The notes: generated by a model not told the origin, from the letters alone. Shown: positions 19,376 to 29,097, numbered from the stretch's first letter. The stretch: 64,000 nt of DNA from Alphaproteobacteria bacterium (GCA_017511715.1 JAFWJF010000007.1:73160-137159), one strand, 5' to 3'. Translations and numbers: made by a program.

Positions 19376-20461
19376 TTATGACTCTGTACCCGTTTGATAA
19401 GATTGAACCTGTGGGCTGGTTGATGCCTCTGTTCCAGTAAAGGAAAAACCAGTTGCATTAATGTTATCCGCCGTTTGGGTTTCCCAATCTGTCATAGCAG
19501 GAATCGTACCAGAAATAGTTCCCTCAGGCGTAAATGTTACGATTGCCGAATTAATTGTCGCAGTAACACCAGTTTGTGTTGCATAATTGCCTTTTTCATC
19601 TTCAATTGTCTTGATACGATTACTCAAAGCAGTATCCGCATCATAAACAGCCTTTGCACCGGCAACCTGTTCATTTGTTGATGACCCAGTCAAAGTTGAT
19701 GCGATAGAATCTTTCGCAACTTTGTTTTCATCAGCATAATCTTCAGCATAACCTTTTGCATTTTGTTCTGCTGTCGCTGCTGCACCGGCTGCATCATATG
19801 CAGAGGAATCTGTATATGCCGCGGTACCCAAGCCATGAACGGCTATATCTGTACCATCAACAGATACAGTACCGTTTGCTGTACCTTCAGCAACAGATTG
19901 AACCGCGCCGTCTGCCAAGTCCAAAGAATTTTGAACAGCAGTCGCCAATTTAGCCTTGGTTACGTTTCCATCTGCGATTTTTGCTGTTGTAACAGAATCA
20001 GTCGCCAATTTAGCCGCAGTTACGTTCGCATCTACGATATTTTCTGTTTGAACTGCATTGTCAGCCAATTTCGCATTAGTAACCGCATCAGCACCCAACT
20101 TATCTGTGGTTACAGCACCATTATTGATTAAGCCCGTTGTGACAGAGCCAGCCGTAACATTGCCCAAAGTTGTGTTCGCATAGTTGCCTGCCAAACCATC
20201 AGCATATGATTTTGCATCATCAAATGTTTTATTAACTGCTTTGATTGCGGCATTGTATGCGCCCTTTACGTATCCAGCGGTCGCGAACTTGCCGTCGTTT
20301 GTCGCATCTGCCGGCGCCAACCCGTATTTTGGCGCGTTTTGCGCAACAGGTGCATTGGTGGAGACAGTTGCACCAGGATCTGCAGTATCTACCGCAGCGC
20401 CCGCAATCAATGGCATAGCAGTTAAAACCGCCACCAATGATATTCCAAGTATTTTTTTCAT
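19376..20461 (-). CDS. Secreted fibre-family protein (361 aa) with 10-residue VTxxK[LI]A repeats
   Basis: MKKILGISLVAVL signal; ATAGYVKGAYNAAIKAVNK; run of VTTDKLG/VTNAKLA/VTAAKLA/VTTAKIA/VTKAKLA; module shared with the 514-aa paralogue; IPAMTDW. Confidence 0.8.
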   Translation of the reverse strand: MKKILGISLVAVLTAMPLIAGAAVDTADPGATVSTNAPVAQNAPKYGLAPADATNDGKFATAGYVKGAYNAAIKAVNKTFDDAKSYADGLAGNYANTTLGNVTAGSVTTGLINNGAVTTDKLGADAVTNAKLADNAVQTENIVDANVTAAKLATDSVTTAKIADGNVTKAKLATAVQNSLDLADGAVQSVAEGTANGTVSVDGTDIAVHGLGTAAYTDSSAYDAAGAAATAEQNAKGYAEDYADENKVAKDSIASTLTGSSTNEQVAGAKAVYDADTALSNRIKTIEDEKGNYATQTGVTATINSAIVTFTPEGTISGTIPAMTDWETQTADNINATGFSFTGTEASTSPQVQSYQTGTES

Positions 20462-20577
20462 GTTTTCCTTCCTTTTTTTGGTTGTTTTGTTCTTGTTTTG
20501 TTTGTTAATTCTTCGTCTTTTTCTTCTTCTATAATCTCAGTCTATCACAATTCAATTTTTCAATTCAAGTGTTTTTA

Positions 20578-21117
20578 TTATCCACCAAAATCAAAATCTG
20601 GGTCAAAGGTATCTTCGACCGTTATCGCGTCCCAACCATTGCTGGTATAGACGTATTTTTTGCCGTCTTCCACATCACCAGACGTGATAAAACCGGCGTT
20701 ATCAATTTCATCTTTGGTGTAAACATCTGCCGCGTTCGCCTTTGCATCTATGTCAGCGTTTGTTAAATAACCCTTGGCTTCTATTTCTTGTTTGGTGTAA
20801 ACATCCGCCGCGTTCGCCTTTGCATCTATGTCAGCGTCTGTTAAATAGCCCTTGGCTTCTATTTCTTGTTTGGTGTAAACATCCGCCGCATTCGCTTTGT
20901 TTTCAACATCGGCTGTTGTTAAATAGCCCTTGGCTTCTATTTCTTGTTTGGTATAGACGTCGTTCTTGTTCGCCTTTTCCGCGTCAATCTTTTGATAAAC
21001 CGTACGCAAGCCCTTGTCAACATAACCCTGGGTCGTCAAAACCGCAGAATCTGCCAACGCAGCCCCCGTCATTATTGATACAGATGTCATTATTCCGAAA
21101 AATGCTAACTTTTTCAT
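20578..21117 (-). CDS. Secreted fibre-associated protein with 26-aa tandem repeats
   Basis: Signal peptide MKKLAFFG..ALA; LTTQGYVDKG; repeats AN..DVYTKQEIEAKGYLT.AD...K; C-terminal WDAITVEDTFDPDFDF. Start moved to 21117 after AAAGGGG. Confidence 0.78.
   Translation of the reverse strand: MKKLAFFGIMTSVSIMTGAALADSAVLTTQGYVDKGLRTVYQKIDAEKANKNDVYTKQEIEAKGYLTTADVENKANAADVYTKQEIEAKGYLTDADIDAKANAADVYTKQEIEAKGYLTNADIDAKANAADVYTKDEIDNAGFITSGDVEDGKKYVYTSNGWDAITVEDTFDPDFDFGG
20700..20980. repeat. 78-bp tandem repeat (~3.5 copies), in frame
   Basis: TTTGGT(G/A)TA recurs at 20713, 20791, 20869 and 20947 with near-identical intervening sequence. Confidence 0.92.
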
Positions 21118-21137
21118 TTCCCCTTTCCTTTTCTGCA

Positions 21138-21806
21138 TTATTCAGTGAAATCAAAATTTTCATCAAACTCGTCTACGACACTTATCGAATCGTAATTCAC
21201 ATTTTGTTGCGTGGTCGATGGGTATGTCGATGTCGCCCCAACATTATCCAATAAACCATCTATTTCGTCTGCCGTGTAGTAATCATCCGCCAACACAGTT
21301 TCAACCTGATTCTGAACCGCCGCAGAATCTAAAGATATCGTGTTGCCAGTTTTTACCAAACCATCACCAACACTTATTGCATCTTGCTTTCCATTTTCAA
21401 GGTTTTGTACACGGTCCGCCAAATTAGTAAAATCACCCGATGAAATGCCCGCAGTTGATGCCGAACCCGTCGTCGGCTTTATCGTCCCGGCACTCACACC
21501 AGTTGAATGAATATATTTTCCCAAACTTAAACGTGATTCTTCGGCAGAATTTACAGCGTTCGCCTTGGTCGGAACTTTGTTAATCGTCAACGGCGTACCA
21601 CTTGTCACATTTGTTGAACGAATAGACCCCAGCCTTTGTGTCGTTGGGGTCGATGTATTATTAGTCCTTACCACCGATGTGTTTGTACCAACGCGCGCGG
21701 TATTTGTACCCAACATTTTAACACTGGGGGCCGCAGAAACACTGCACATGCCAAAAACCGACATTACCAAAACACTTGATAAAAATCGTATATTAAATTT
21801 GTTCAT
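21138..21806 (-). CDS. Secreted fibre-associated protein with Thr/Ser-rich disordered N-half
   Basis: Signal peptide; LENGKQDAISVGDGLVKTGNTISLD and DYYTADEID fibre-like motifs; C-terminal YDSISVVDEFDENFDF matching the downstream gene. Confidence 0.72.
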   Translation of the reverse strand: MNKFNIRFLSSVLVMSVFGMCSVSAAPSVKMLGTNTARVGTNTSVVRTNNTSTPTTQRLGSIRSTNVTSGTPLTINKVPTKANAVNSAEESRLSLGKYIHSTGVSAGTIKPTTGSASTAGISSGDFTNLADRVQNLENGKQDAISVGDGLVKTGNTISLDSAAVQNQVETVLADDYYTADEIDGLLDNVGATSTYPSTTQQNVNYDSISVVDEFDENFDFTE

Positions 21807-21960
21807 GATTCCTTTCCTTGTCAGATATGATATCACAAAACCAAAATATAACCAAGGGTTTTTTAAGACTTTTTTTCAAATTTTTTCACAAAGCCCGAAT
21901 TTCCGGCATTTATAATAAAAAATGGGGCGTTGCCGCCCCAATCATTAATAATGACATACA

Positions 21961-23700
21961 CTACATGCTTTCTTTCAATGTGCAACCTAATGTTTCAAGT
22001 CCATTGCCAATCACATTACGCAGTGCCATTACCATTAACATATGGTTGTCTGTTGTCGCTTTATCGTTTTCATTTATCAATTTGACCCCACTGTGTGATG
22101 ACCAAAGTGAATGAAATGTCGCTGCAACTTCTTCCATATATTTAGTCAGCAAATTTGGCGCTTTGTTTTTACCCGCACTTTCCACCACAGACGGATAATC
22201 ACCCAACAACTTTATCAAATTGCGTTCCACGTCTGACGCAGATGCAAAATCATATCTTTGTGTTGCTAATTTTTCCAAACTGCCTGGGAACAATGAATCG
22301 TATTTCTTTAACACCGAACATGCACGCGCATAGGCATATTGCATGTAATAAACAGGGTTGTCTTTGGACTGTTCCTTTGCCTTTTGCAAATCAAAAGTCA
22401 TTTGGGTATCTGCGCTTTTAATAATCATGAACAAACGCAAAACATCTGCATCAATTTCATCCAAAACATCTTCTATCATGACAAAATTGCCCGCGCGTTT
22501 TGACATTTTGAACGGTTTGCCGTCTTTTTCAAGGTTCACAATCTGACATAAAACAACATCTAAATCAGCCTTATTATTAGTCACCGCCCCCAATGCTGAT
22601 TTTATACGCTTTACATAACCACCATGGTCTGCGCCCCAAACATTAACCTGTTTCACAAAACCACGATTAAATTTATTCAAATGATATGCGATATCAGACG
22701 CAAAATATGTCGTTTCACCGTTTGAACGTGCAATCACACGATCCGAATCGTCCCCAAATTGAGTCGCCTTGAACAACAACTGTTCTGTTGGAACCCAATC
22801 TTCATCAGATTCACCCAATGGCTTTGGCAAAGTCCCTTTGTACAAAAGCCCCTTTGATTCCATAAATTCCAAAGTTTTTGCAACCTGACCAGATTCCACC
22901 AATTCGCGTTCAGATGTGAACACATCAAATTCTATGCCAATTTTACGTAAACTTGCACGTATCAAGTCCATCATCGCAGCAGATGCAACTTTCTTGAAAT
23001 ATGGAACATATTCGCTTTCCGGCGCAGACAGCCATTTATCGCCATCTTCATCTTTTATCTTTTGCGCCACAGGTATCAGATAATCACCAGGATATGCGCC
23101 CTCTGGCAAAGATTCACCATCGTGCATGCCAAATAATTCTTGATACCGCCAAAATACCGAATGCGCCAAAACATCAACCTGATGCCCATAATCATTGATA
23201 TAATATTCTTTGGTGACATCAAAACCGTTCTTTTTCAACAAACGCGCCAAAACATCACCCAATATCGCACCACGCGCGTGTCCGATGTGAACAGGCCCGG
23301 TTGGATTGGCCGATAAAAATTCTACATTGATTTTTTCGCCATGCCCTAAATCTGAATTACCGTATTCTGATGGATTGGACAATATAGATTCCACCAAACT
23401 TTGCCACATCGCATCCGAAACATTCATGTTTATAAAGCCCGGTCCCGCAACAGATACTTCCGTAATTTCAGGAATATCTTTGATATAAGGCAACAATAAA
23501 TCTGCAACTTCGCGCGGGTTCTTTCTTAATTCGCGCGACAAAACCATCGCAACATTGGTCGAAAAATCACCAAAATCACGGTTCTTTGGAACTTCCACAA
23601 CAATATTGTTCCACTTTTCAGAATTTACAAAATCATGTAATTCTGGGATAGATTGCAATTTTTCCCGTATCTTGCCGGAAATCAATTTGTATATGTTCAT
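21961..23700 (-). CDS. argS: Arginine--tRNA ligase
   Basis: GDFSTN, VAGPGFIN, SANPTGPVHIGH (HIGH), KMSKR, YMQYAYAR. Confidence 0.97.
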   Translation of the reverse strand: MNIYKLISGKIREKLQSIPELHDFVNSEKWNNIVVEVPKNRDFGDFSTNVAMVLSRELRKNPREVADLLLPYIKDIPEITEVSVAGPGFINMNVSDAMWQSLVESILSNPSEYGNSDLGHGEKINVEFLSANPTGPVHIGHARGAILGDVLARLLKKNGFDVTKEYYINDYGHQVDVLAHSVFWRYQELFGMHDGESLPEGAYPGDYLIPVAQKIKDEDGDKWLSAPESEYVPYFKKVASAAMMDLIRASLRKIGIEFDVFTSERELVESGQVAKTLEFMESKGLLYKGTLPKPLGESDEDWVPTEQLLFKATQFGDDSDRVIARSNGETTYFASDIAYHLNKFNRGFVKQVNVWGADHGGYVKRIKSALGAVTNNKADLDVVLCQIVNLEKDGKPFKMSKRAGNFVMIEDVLDEIDADVLRLFMIIKSADTQMTFDLQKAKEQSKDNPVYYMQYAYARACSVLKKYDSLFPGSLEKLATQRYDFASASDVERNLIKLLGDYPSVVESAGKNKAPNLLTKYMEEVAATFHSLWSSHSGVKLINENDKATTDNHMLMVMALRNVIGNGLETLGCTLKESM

Positions 23701-23766
23701 TTCTTGCCCCATTTTTTGTACAAAATGCATGATAATAGTATTATGCGGTTTTTCAAGATTTTTTTG

Positions 23767-24990
23767 TTAATTTTTCTTGAATATCAGCGAAGTATTTATC
23801 CCACCAAATGCAAAATTGTTGTTCATCACAAAATCAGCACTAAAACTGCGCCCCTGTTTCGTTATATAGTCCAATGCACCACACTTGTCATCAACAGTGT
23901 TCAAATTCAACGTCGGTGCAAACCAATTATTATTCATCATTTGAATCGACCATATCGATTCCAATGCACCACATGCACCCAAAGTATGTCCAACATAACT
24001 TTTCAAGCTGCTGACCGGAACAGTGTCGCCAAAAACCCGATTTGTTGCGACAGATTCTGCGATATCACCGAATGTCGTTCCCGTACCATGCAAACATATA
24101 TAGCCTATATCTTTTGGGTTCAGATTTGCAGATTCCAACGACAATTCTAAACAACGTGCTATCGTATCAGGGTTTGGTTGTGTAATATGCGTACCATCTG
24201 TATTTGTGCCGAAACCAACGATTTCTGCATAAATCTTGGCACCACGCGCGATTGCGTGTTCTCGTTCTTCCAATATCAGTGTTCCGGCACCACATCCGAT
24301 AACAAGCCCATCGCGATTTACATCAAATGGCGAAGGCGTTTTTTCAGGCGTATCGTTTTTTGTGCTGGTCGCGTACAGAGTATCAAATACAGCAACCTGG
24401 GTTGGGTCTAGTTCTTCGGCACCACCCGCAATCATTATGTCTTGTGCGCCAGACTTTATATTTTCATACGCAAACCCAACCGACAAACTGCCCGAAGTGC
24501 ATGCCGTTCCGCTGGGAATCAAACGCCCAGTTGTCTTGAAATATAACGATATATTAACCGCTGCGGTTTGTGGCATTATTTTTATATAAGACGAAGATGT
24601 GACATTACCAATTTCATTTGTTTTAACCATGGAAAAGAAATCTGCCACAGGACCCGCCGACCCAAACGAAGAACCATATGCGACACCTGTGCGTCCACTG
24701 GTTAATTCTGGCGAATCTAAAAGCCCCGCATCTTTTAACGCGTTTTCTGCAGAATATACCGCCATCACAGATACTGGTCCCATGGTGCGCAACACTTTGC
24801 GCGTAAAATGTTCCGGCGCGGTAAAATCTGCCGGCGCAGCTAAATGTGAATTTAACCCGCGTATTGCCGCTAAATTATCCATTTTACACACTGCATTTTT
24901 ATATACGTGCAAACGATTAAATGCGCCCCCCAGGTCATTACCCAGCGCACTAACCAAGCCCATACCAGTAACAACAACCCTTCTTGTCAT
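23767..24990 (-). CDS. Beta-ketoacyl-ACP synthase, ApeR/FabF-like (aryl polyene cluster)
   Basis: RRVVVTGMG, TACTSG catalytic Cys, HGTGT, KSYVGHTLGACG, NNFAFGGIN. Confidence 0.9.
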   Translation of the reverse strand: MTRRVVVTGMGLVSALGNDLGGAFNRLHVYKNAVCKMDNLAAIRGLNSHLAAPADFTAPEHFTRKVLRTMGPVSVMAVYSAENALKDAGLLDSPELTSGRTGVAYGSSFGSAGPVADFFSMVKTNEIGNVTSSSYIKIMPQTAAVNISLYFKTTGRLIPSGTACTSGSLSVGFAYENIKSGAQDIMIAGGAEELDPTQVAVFDTLYATSTKNDTPEKTPSPFDVNRDGLVIGCGAGTLILEEREHAIARGAKIYAEIVGFGTNTDGTHITQPNPDTIARCLELSLESANLNPKDIGYICLHGTGTTFGDIAESVATNRVFGDTVPVSSLKSYVGHTLGACGALESIWSIQMMNNNWFAPTLNLNTVDDKCGALDYITKQGRSFSADFVMNNNFAFGGINTSLIFKKN

Positions 24991-24991
24991 A

Positions 24992-25717
24992 TTAAATCAA
25001 GCCCCCATTTACAGATATAACCTGGCGCGTTATATAACCCGCATCATCAGATAACAAATAGGCAACCAAACTTGCCACTTCATCTGGCGTTCCGGCACGT
25101 CGCATCGGTATTGCTTGTTCAACAACATCTTTTGGCAAGTCTGCTGTCATATCTGTTTCTATGATACCAGGTGCAATACAATTTACTGTTATATTGCGCC
25201 GCGCCAATTCAATCGCCAAAGATTTACACGCACCGATAATTCCTGCCTTGGAAGCAGCATAATTTGTTTGCCCACGATTTCCCATAATACCAGACACAGA
25301 AGACAATGCTATTATACGCCCCCCCTTGCGCGCAGATATCATGGGCATAACAGTCGGATGTAAAACATTATACAAACCGTCCAGATTTGTATGCACCACC
25401 TTATCCCATACATCGCCTTCTATTGCTGGAAATGGAGCATCCTTGTTTATTCCGGCATTACAAATAACACCCCAATATGCCCCATGTTCTGTGATATCTG
25501 TGTTTATAACATCTTTTGTCTGTTCGCGATTTGCAATATCAAAACACAAAAGCCTTGCCTTTACTCCAAAAGATTTTACATCTTTAAGAGTTTCATTTGC
25601 TGCATCAACATTAGAATTATAATGCAACACCAAATCATAACCTGCACGTGCAAGATATATAGCAATAGACCGGCCAATACCACGACTTGCGCCTGTGATA
25701 AGTATTGTTTTATTCAT
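24992..25717 (-). CDS. 3-oxoacyl-ACP reductase, ApeQ/FabG-like
   Basis: TGASRGIG, NAG, GNRGQTNYAASKAG, YITRQVISVNGG. Confidence 0.92.
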   Translation of the reverse strand: MNKTILITGASRGIGRSIAIYLARAGYDLVLHYNSNVDAANETLKDVKSFGVKARLLCFDIANREQTKDVINTDITEHGAYWGVICNAGINKDAPFPAIEGDVWDKVVHTNLDGLYNVLHPTVMPMISARKGGRIIALSSVSGIMGNRGQTNYAASKAGIIGACKSLAIELARRNITVNCIAPGIIETDMTADLPKDVVEQAIPMRRAGTPDEVASLVAYLLSDDAGYITRQVISVNGGLI

Positions 25718-26180
25718 TTTTAGTCTCCATAAATTGTTTTATGTCATCTGGTCGAAATGCGTTTAATGCACCTGTTGCAATGACATTGTTGTCTTCATCT
25801 ACAATATTACAATCAAACGATGCGATGTTTTGATCGCAAAACATAGATTTAACATGTATAAAATATGAGTGGCCTGCTAAATACACAGGTTTTAACACAG
25901 ATATTTTTCGTGAACCCAACACAAACCCTACCGCCGGCGTAGCACTTGGATTCTTATGCAAATCACTAAGCCCAACACAACATGCAATACTCTGTGCCAT
26001 AAATTCCAAAGATGCCCACGAAGGAATTCCGCCTAAGTTTTTATCAAACAACAAATCTGTATCTTTTACATCAACACGCGTGACCAAAGTTTGATTTTCA
26101 TAATCAAATTCTTCCACGTCTGATAAAAAAATCATAGGGGCCTTTTGTGGTATAAGTTTTGTTAAATCGTACTTGCTCAT
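25710..26180 (-). CDS. Hotdog-fold 3-hydroxyacyl-ACP dehydratase subunit, ApeP-like
   Basis: LIPQKAPMIFL..PSWASLEFMAQ..VGFVLGSR pattern and cluster position. Confidence 0.82.
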   Translation of the reverse strand: MSKYDLTKLIPQKAPMIFLSDVEEFDYENQTLVTRVDVKDTDLLFDKNLGGIPSWASLEFMAQSIACCVGLSDLHKNPSATPAVGFVLGSRKISVLKPVYLAGHSYFIHVKSMFCDQNIASFDCNIVDEDNNVIATGALNAFRPDDIKQFMETKNE

Positions 26181-26181
26181 T

Positions 26182-27318
26182 TTACCGTCCAATTATTACG
26201 CTTGCGTTACTGCCCCCAAAAGCAAAGGCGTTACATAACACATTATTGATGTTTTTTTTGTTTTGCGTGGTTGCAAGTTTTATCTTTGCACAATCTGTTG
26301 CATATTCACCATCAAAAATATGTGGTATAACAAATTGATGTTTTATCATTAACCAAGACAATGCCACACTAACCGCCCCGGCCGCGCCAAGAGTGTGCCC
26401 TGTCAGCGGTTTAGTTGATGCACACAAAACATTATCCCCGAAAACAGAATTTATTGCTAACGATTCCATCGCATCATTGGCCACAGTCCCTGTTCCATGC
26501 ATGTTTATAAAATCAATTGCATCTGACGCAAGACCTGCATTTGTTAATGCGGAATTCATGGAAGCGATAGCCCCACTACCTGTTGGATCGGGACTGGTTA
26601 AATGGTATGCGTCTGAACTTTCGCCAACACCCAGTAATTTTATACCCTCTTCGCCACGCACCATTATAAAAAGGGCTGCCGCTTCACCCAAATTGATACC
26701 ATCTCGATTTCGGGACATAGGGTTTGTATGTTTATAACTAAGTGCCGACAAAGCATTAAAACCATTCAAAGCAAAATCACACCGCGCATCAACCCCACCA
26801 ACCAAAACCGCATCACAAATATCTTGTTCTATTAAATCTTTGGCATCTTGAAAAACTTTCGCACTGGACGAACAAGCCGTTGATACAGTATATGCAGGAC
26901 CTGCAAAACCAGTTTTTTCACGTAAAAAAGCAGTCGGTGAATATAATTCTATTTCAGACAAAGAAAACTCTTGCGGTAGCGTTCCTGTTTCTAGTGCAAT
27001 GTTCAAATGCTTTTGGGCTTCGTGTATTCCGGTATTGCTTGCCCCGATAATAATTCCAAGTCTATTTAATGGATAGTCTGATTTCAATTTTAATATGGGG
27101 TCTTCAATTTGCTTTAATGCTGCAAGTAATAAATCATAACATCTTATCTTTTGAGTTGTTTCAATATTAACAGACCCAAATGGCACCCGCACGTCAGCAA
27201 CTTCTGGTTTAACACGAAACATACCTGATGTATCACCGCGTTTTGCGTTTGCAACGATTTCATCGTGCGTTATTCCTAACGCACACACAAAACCCAAATC
27301 TTGCAATACTACCGTCAT
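26182..27318 (-). CDS. Beta-ketoacyl synthase, ApeO-like
   Basis: GPAYTVSTACSSSAK, RDGINLGEAA, HGTGT..ND.ME, STKPLTGHTLGAAG, NAFAFGGSN. Confidence 0.9.
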   Translation of the reverse strand: MTVVLQDLGFVCALGITHDEIVANAKRGDTSGMFRVKPEVADVRVPFGSVNIETTQKIRCYDLLLAALKQIEDPILKLKSDYPLNRLGIIIGASNTGIHEAQKHLNIALETGTLPQEFSLSEIELYSPTAFLREKTGFAGPAYTVSTACSSSAKVFQDAKDLIEQDICDAVLVGGVDARCDFALNGFNALSALSYKHTNPMSRNRDGINLGEAAALFIMVRGEEGIKLLGVGESSDAYHLTSPDPTGSGAIASMNSALTNAGLASDAIDFINMHGTGTVANDAMESLAINSVFGDNVLCASTKPLTGHTLGAAGAVSVALSWLMIKHQFVIPHIFDGEYATDCAKIKLATTQNKKNINNVLCNAFAFGGSNASVIIGR

Positions 27319-27394
27319 CTATATAAACCCACTTGCAAATTATGATTTTTTTCATATAATGCCAGTATTCTATAAAAAAAAGCATTTTTCAAGC

Positions 27395-28027
27395 ATGAAC
27401 AATAAAATATATATTGATGATTTTATTATTTGGCAAGAATCGACAGATGAAAAATTACCAGATTTTTCGTTTATTCCACCAATGGTACGACGTCGCATGT
27501 CCAACATAGAAAAAATTGCGGTGGGGCTGGCTGGAAAAATTGCCCCAGAAAACCCGAATTACACAACTGTATTTGCATCGAAATTTGGCGAATGGGGGCA
27601 AACGATTCAGTTGATTAAACAATTTTTTGATGAAAAAGAAATGTCGCCTGCGGGCTTTAGTAATTCTGTACACAACGCAGCCGCAGGCCTGTTTTCTTTG
27701 CTTACAAAAAACACTAACAGCTACACTTCTATCGCAGCCGGGGATAACACATTGGAAATGGCGATATTAAAAGCATTAACAGAAAAACAAGATGTCATGG
27801 TTGTTTTTGCTGGCGAACACAGTCCTGATATATATTCGCCTGTGTTGGACGGGGAACAGCATGCCTTTGGCATGGCTTTTCTGATTAAACACAGCGGTAA
27901 ACGCGCAATTAAAATTACCCACGGCACAGATAGCGCGGACACACTGACATTTAAAACAATGGCAGATTTTCTGGAAGGGCGCACAAACACTATAACAACA
28001 AAGAATTGGGCAATGCAAAATGATTAA
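27395..28027 (+). CDS. Ketosynthase chain-length factor, ApeC-like
   Basis: IPPMVRRRMS..VFASKFGE..SPAGFSNSVHNAAAG; no catalytic Cys. Confidence 0.88.
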   Translation: MNNKIYIDDFIIWQESTDEKLPDFSFIPPMVRRRMSNIEKIAVGLAGKIAPENPNYTTVFASKFGEWGQTIQLIKQFFDEKEMSPAGFSNSVHNAAAGLFSLLTKNTNSYTSIAAGDNTLEMAILKALTEKQDVMVVFAGEHSPDIYSPVLDGEQHAFGMAFLIKHSGKRAIKITHGTDSADTLTFKTMADFLEGRTNTITTKNWAMQND

Positions 28028-28760
28028 AATAATACGTTCATTTTTGTGTGCTTTTTGTTTTTGTGTTTTTGGTTTGGGTGGTTTGTTGATAGGTTCTGTA
28101 ATTTTTCCGATTATTTTACTGATATACAAACCTGAAAAACAGCAAAAAATATTTGTGAACACAATTCATTTGTCGTGGCGATTTTTTACTTGGTTAATGT
28201 GTTTTTTACACTTGATAAAAATAAACTGCCCGGAAAGCAAACGATTGAAATCTTTGCGTGGAACCATCGTGATTGCCAATCATCCATCTTTGATTGATGT
28301 CGTTATTTTGGTGTCCAAAATCCCAAATTCTGTATGCGTTGTCAAAGGAAGCCTGTTCAAGAATCTGTTTATACGTAAAGTTATCGGAAGAACCTATTTA
28401 TCTAACACAATGGAACCAGATGAATTTATCGCGTGCGGTTCTGATGTTTTATCAAAAGGATACAACATTGTTATTTTTCCCGAAGGAACCAGAACAATAC
28501 CAGATAAAAAGATTCATTTACATCGGGGGTTTGCCTATTTACAGACAGCAACCGGCGCAAACATTTTACCGATAAAAATTACTAACACCCCCAAAATACT
28601 TGGAAAGAACCAAAAATGGTGGGATGTCGGTGCATCGGTATCTGTTTACGATATTATTATTAAGCCATCCATTTCTTATGATACAAAAAGCCCATTACAA
28701 AAACGTGCTGCCGCCATTGATATTACAAACAAAGCCAAAAACTTGTTGTTTCAGGCATAA
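28020..28760 (+). CDS. PlsC-type acyltransferase, ApeD-like
   Basis: ANHPSLID (HxxxxD), FPEGTRT. Confidence 0.88.
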   Translation: MIKIIRSFLCAFCFCVFGLGGLLIGSVIFPIILLIYKPEKQQKIFVNTIHLSWRFFTWLMCFLHLIKINCPESKRLKSLRGTIVIANHPSLIDVVILVSKIPNSVCVVKGSLFKNLFIRKVIGRTYLSNTMEPDEFIACGSDVLSKGYNIVIFPEGTRTIPDKKIHLHRGFAYLQTATGANILPIKITNTPKILGKNQKWWDVGASVSVYDIIIKPSISYDTKSPLQKRAAAIDITNKAKNLLFQA

Positions 28761-28815
28761 ATTCCTTGAATTTTGATTTGTATATTGCTAGCATTGATCG
28801 CATAAAGGAAACACT

Positions 28816-29091
28816 ATGAAACGAGATTTATTAGAACGCGAAATTAAGGAACTGATTGTATCTGCACTAGATTTAGAAGACATAAGCGCAGATGACATTG
28901 ATACAAATGCGCCATTGTTTGGAACAGGACTTGGGCTTGATTCAATTGATGCACTGGAATTAGGCATGGCATTAAAGAAAAAGTATCAGGTAAATTTCAA
29001 ATCCGATAAAGAGGCTAATAAAGAATACTTTAAGTCCGTTGCCCATTTGGCAGCATATATAGCAGAATCAAAAAACATCACATTGGAGTAA
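28816..29091 (+). CDS. Acyl carrier protein 1 (ApeE-like)
   Basis: PLFGTGLGLDSIDALEL phosphopantetheine site. Confidence 0.92.
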   Translation: MKRDLLEREIKELIVSALDLEDISADDIDTNAPLFGTGLGLDSIDALELGMALKKKYQVNFKSDKEANKEYFKSVAHLAAYIAESKNITLE

Positions 29092-29097
29092 ATTAAC

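Noticed and set aside
20700-20980. CRISPR array
   Set aside because: The 78-bp units are contiguous, in frame within a CDS and have no unique spacers; no cas genes in the window.
15273-21806. Prophage tail-fibre module or trimeric autotransporter cluster
   Set aside because: All genes carry signal peptides, most with their own RBS and intergenic spacer. There are no capsid, terminase, baseplate or integrase genes, and no C-terminal YadA-type beta-barrel anchor.
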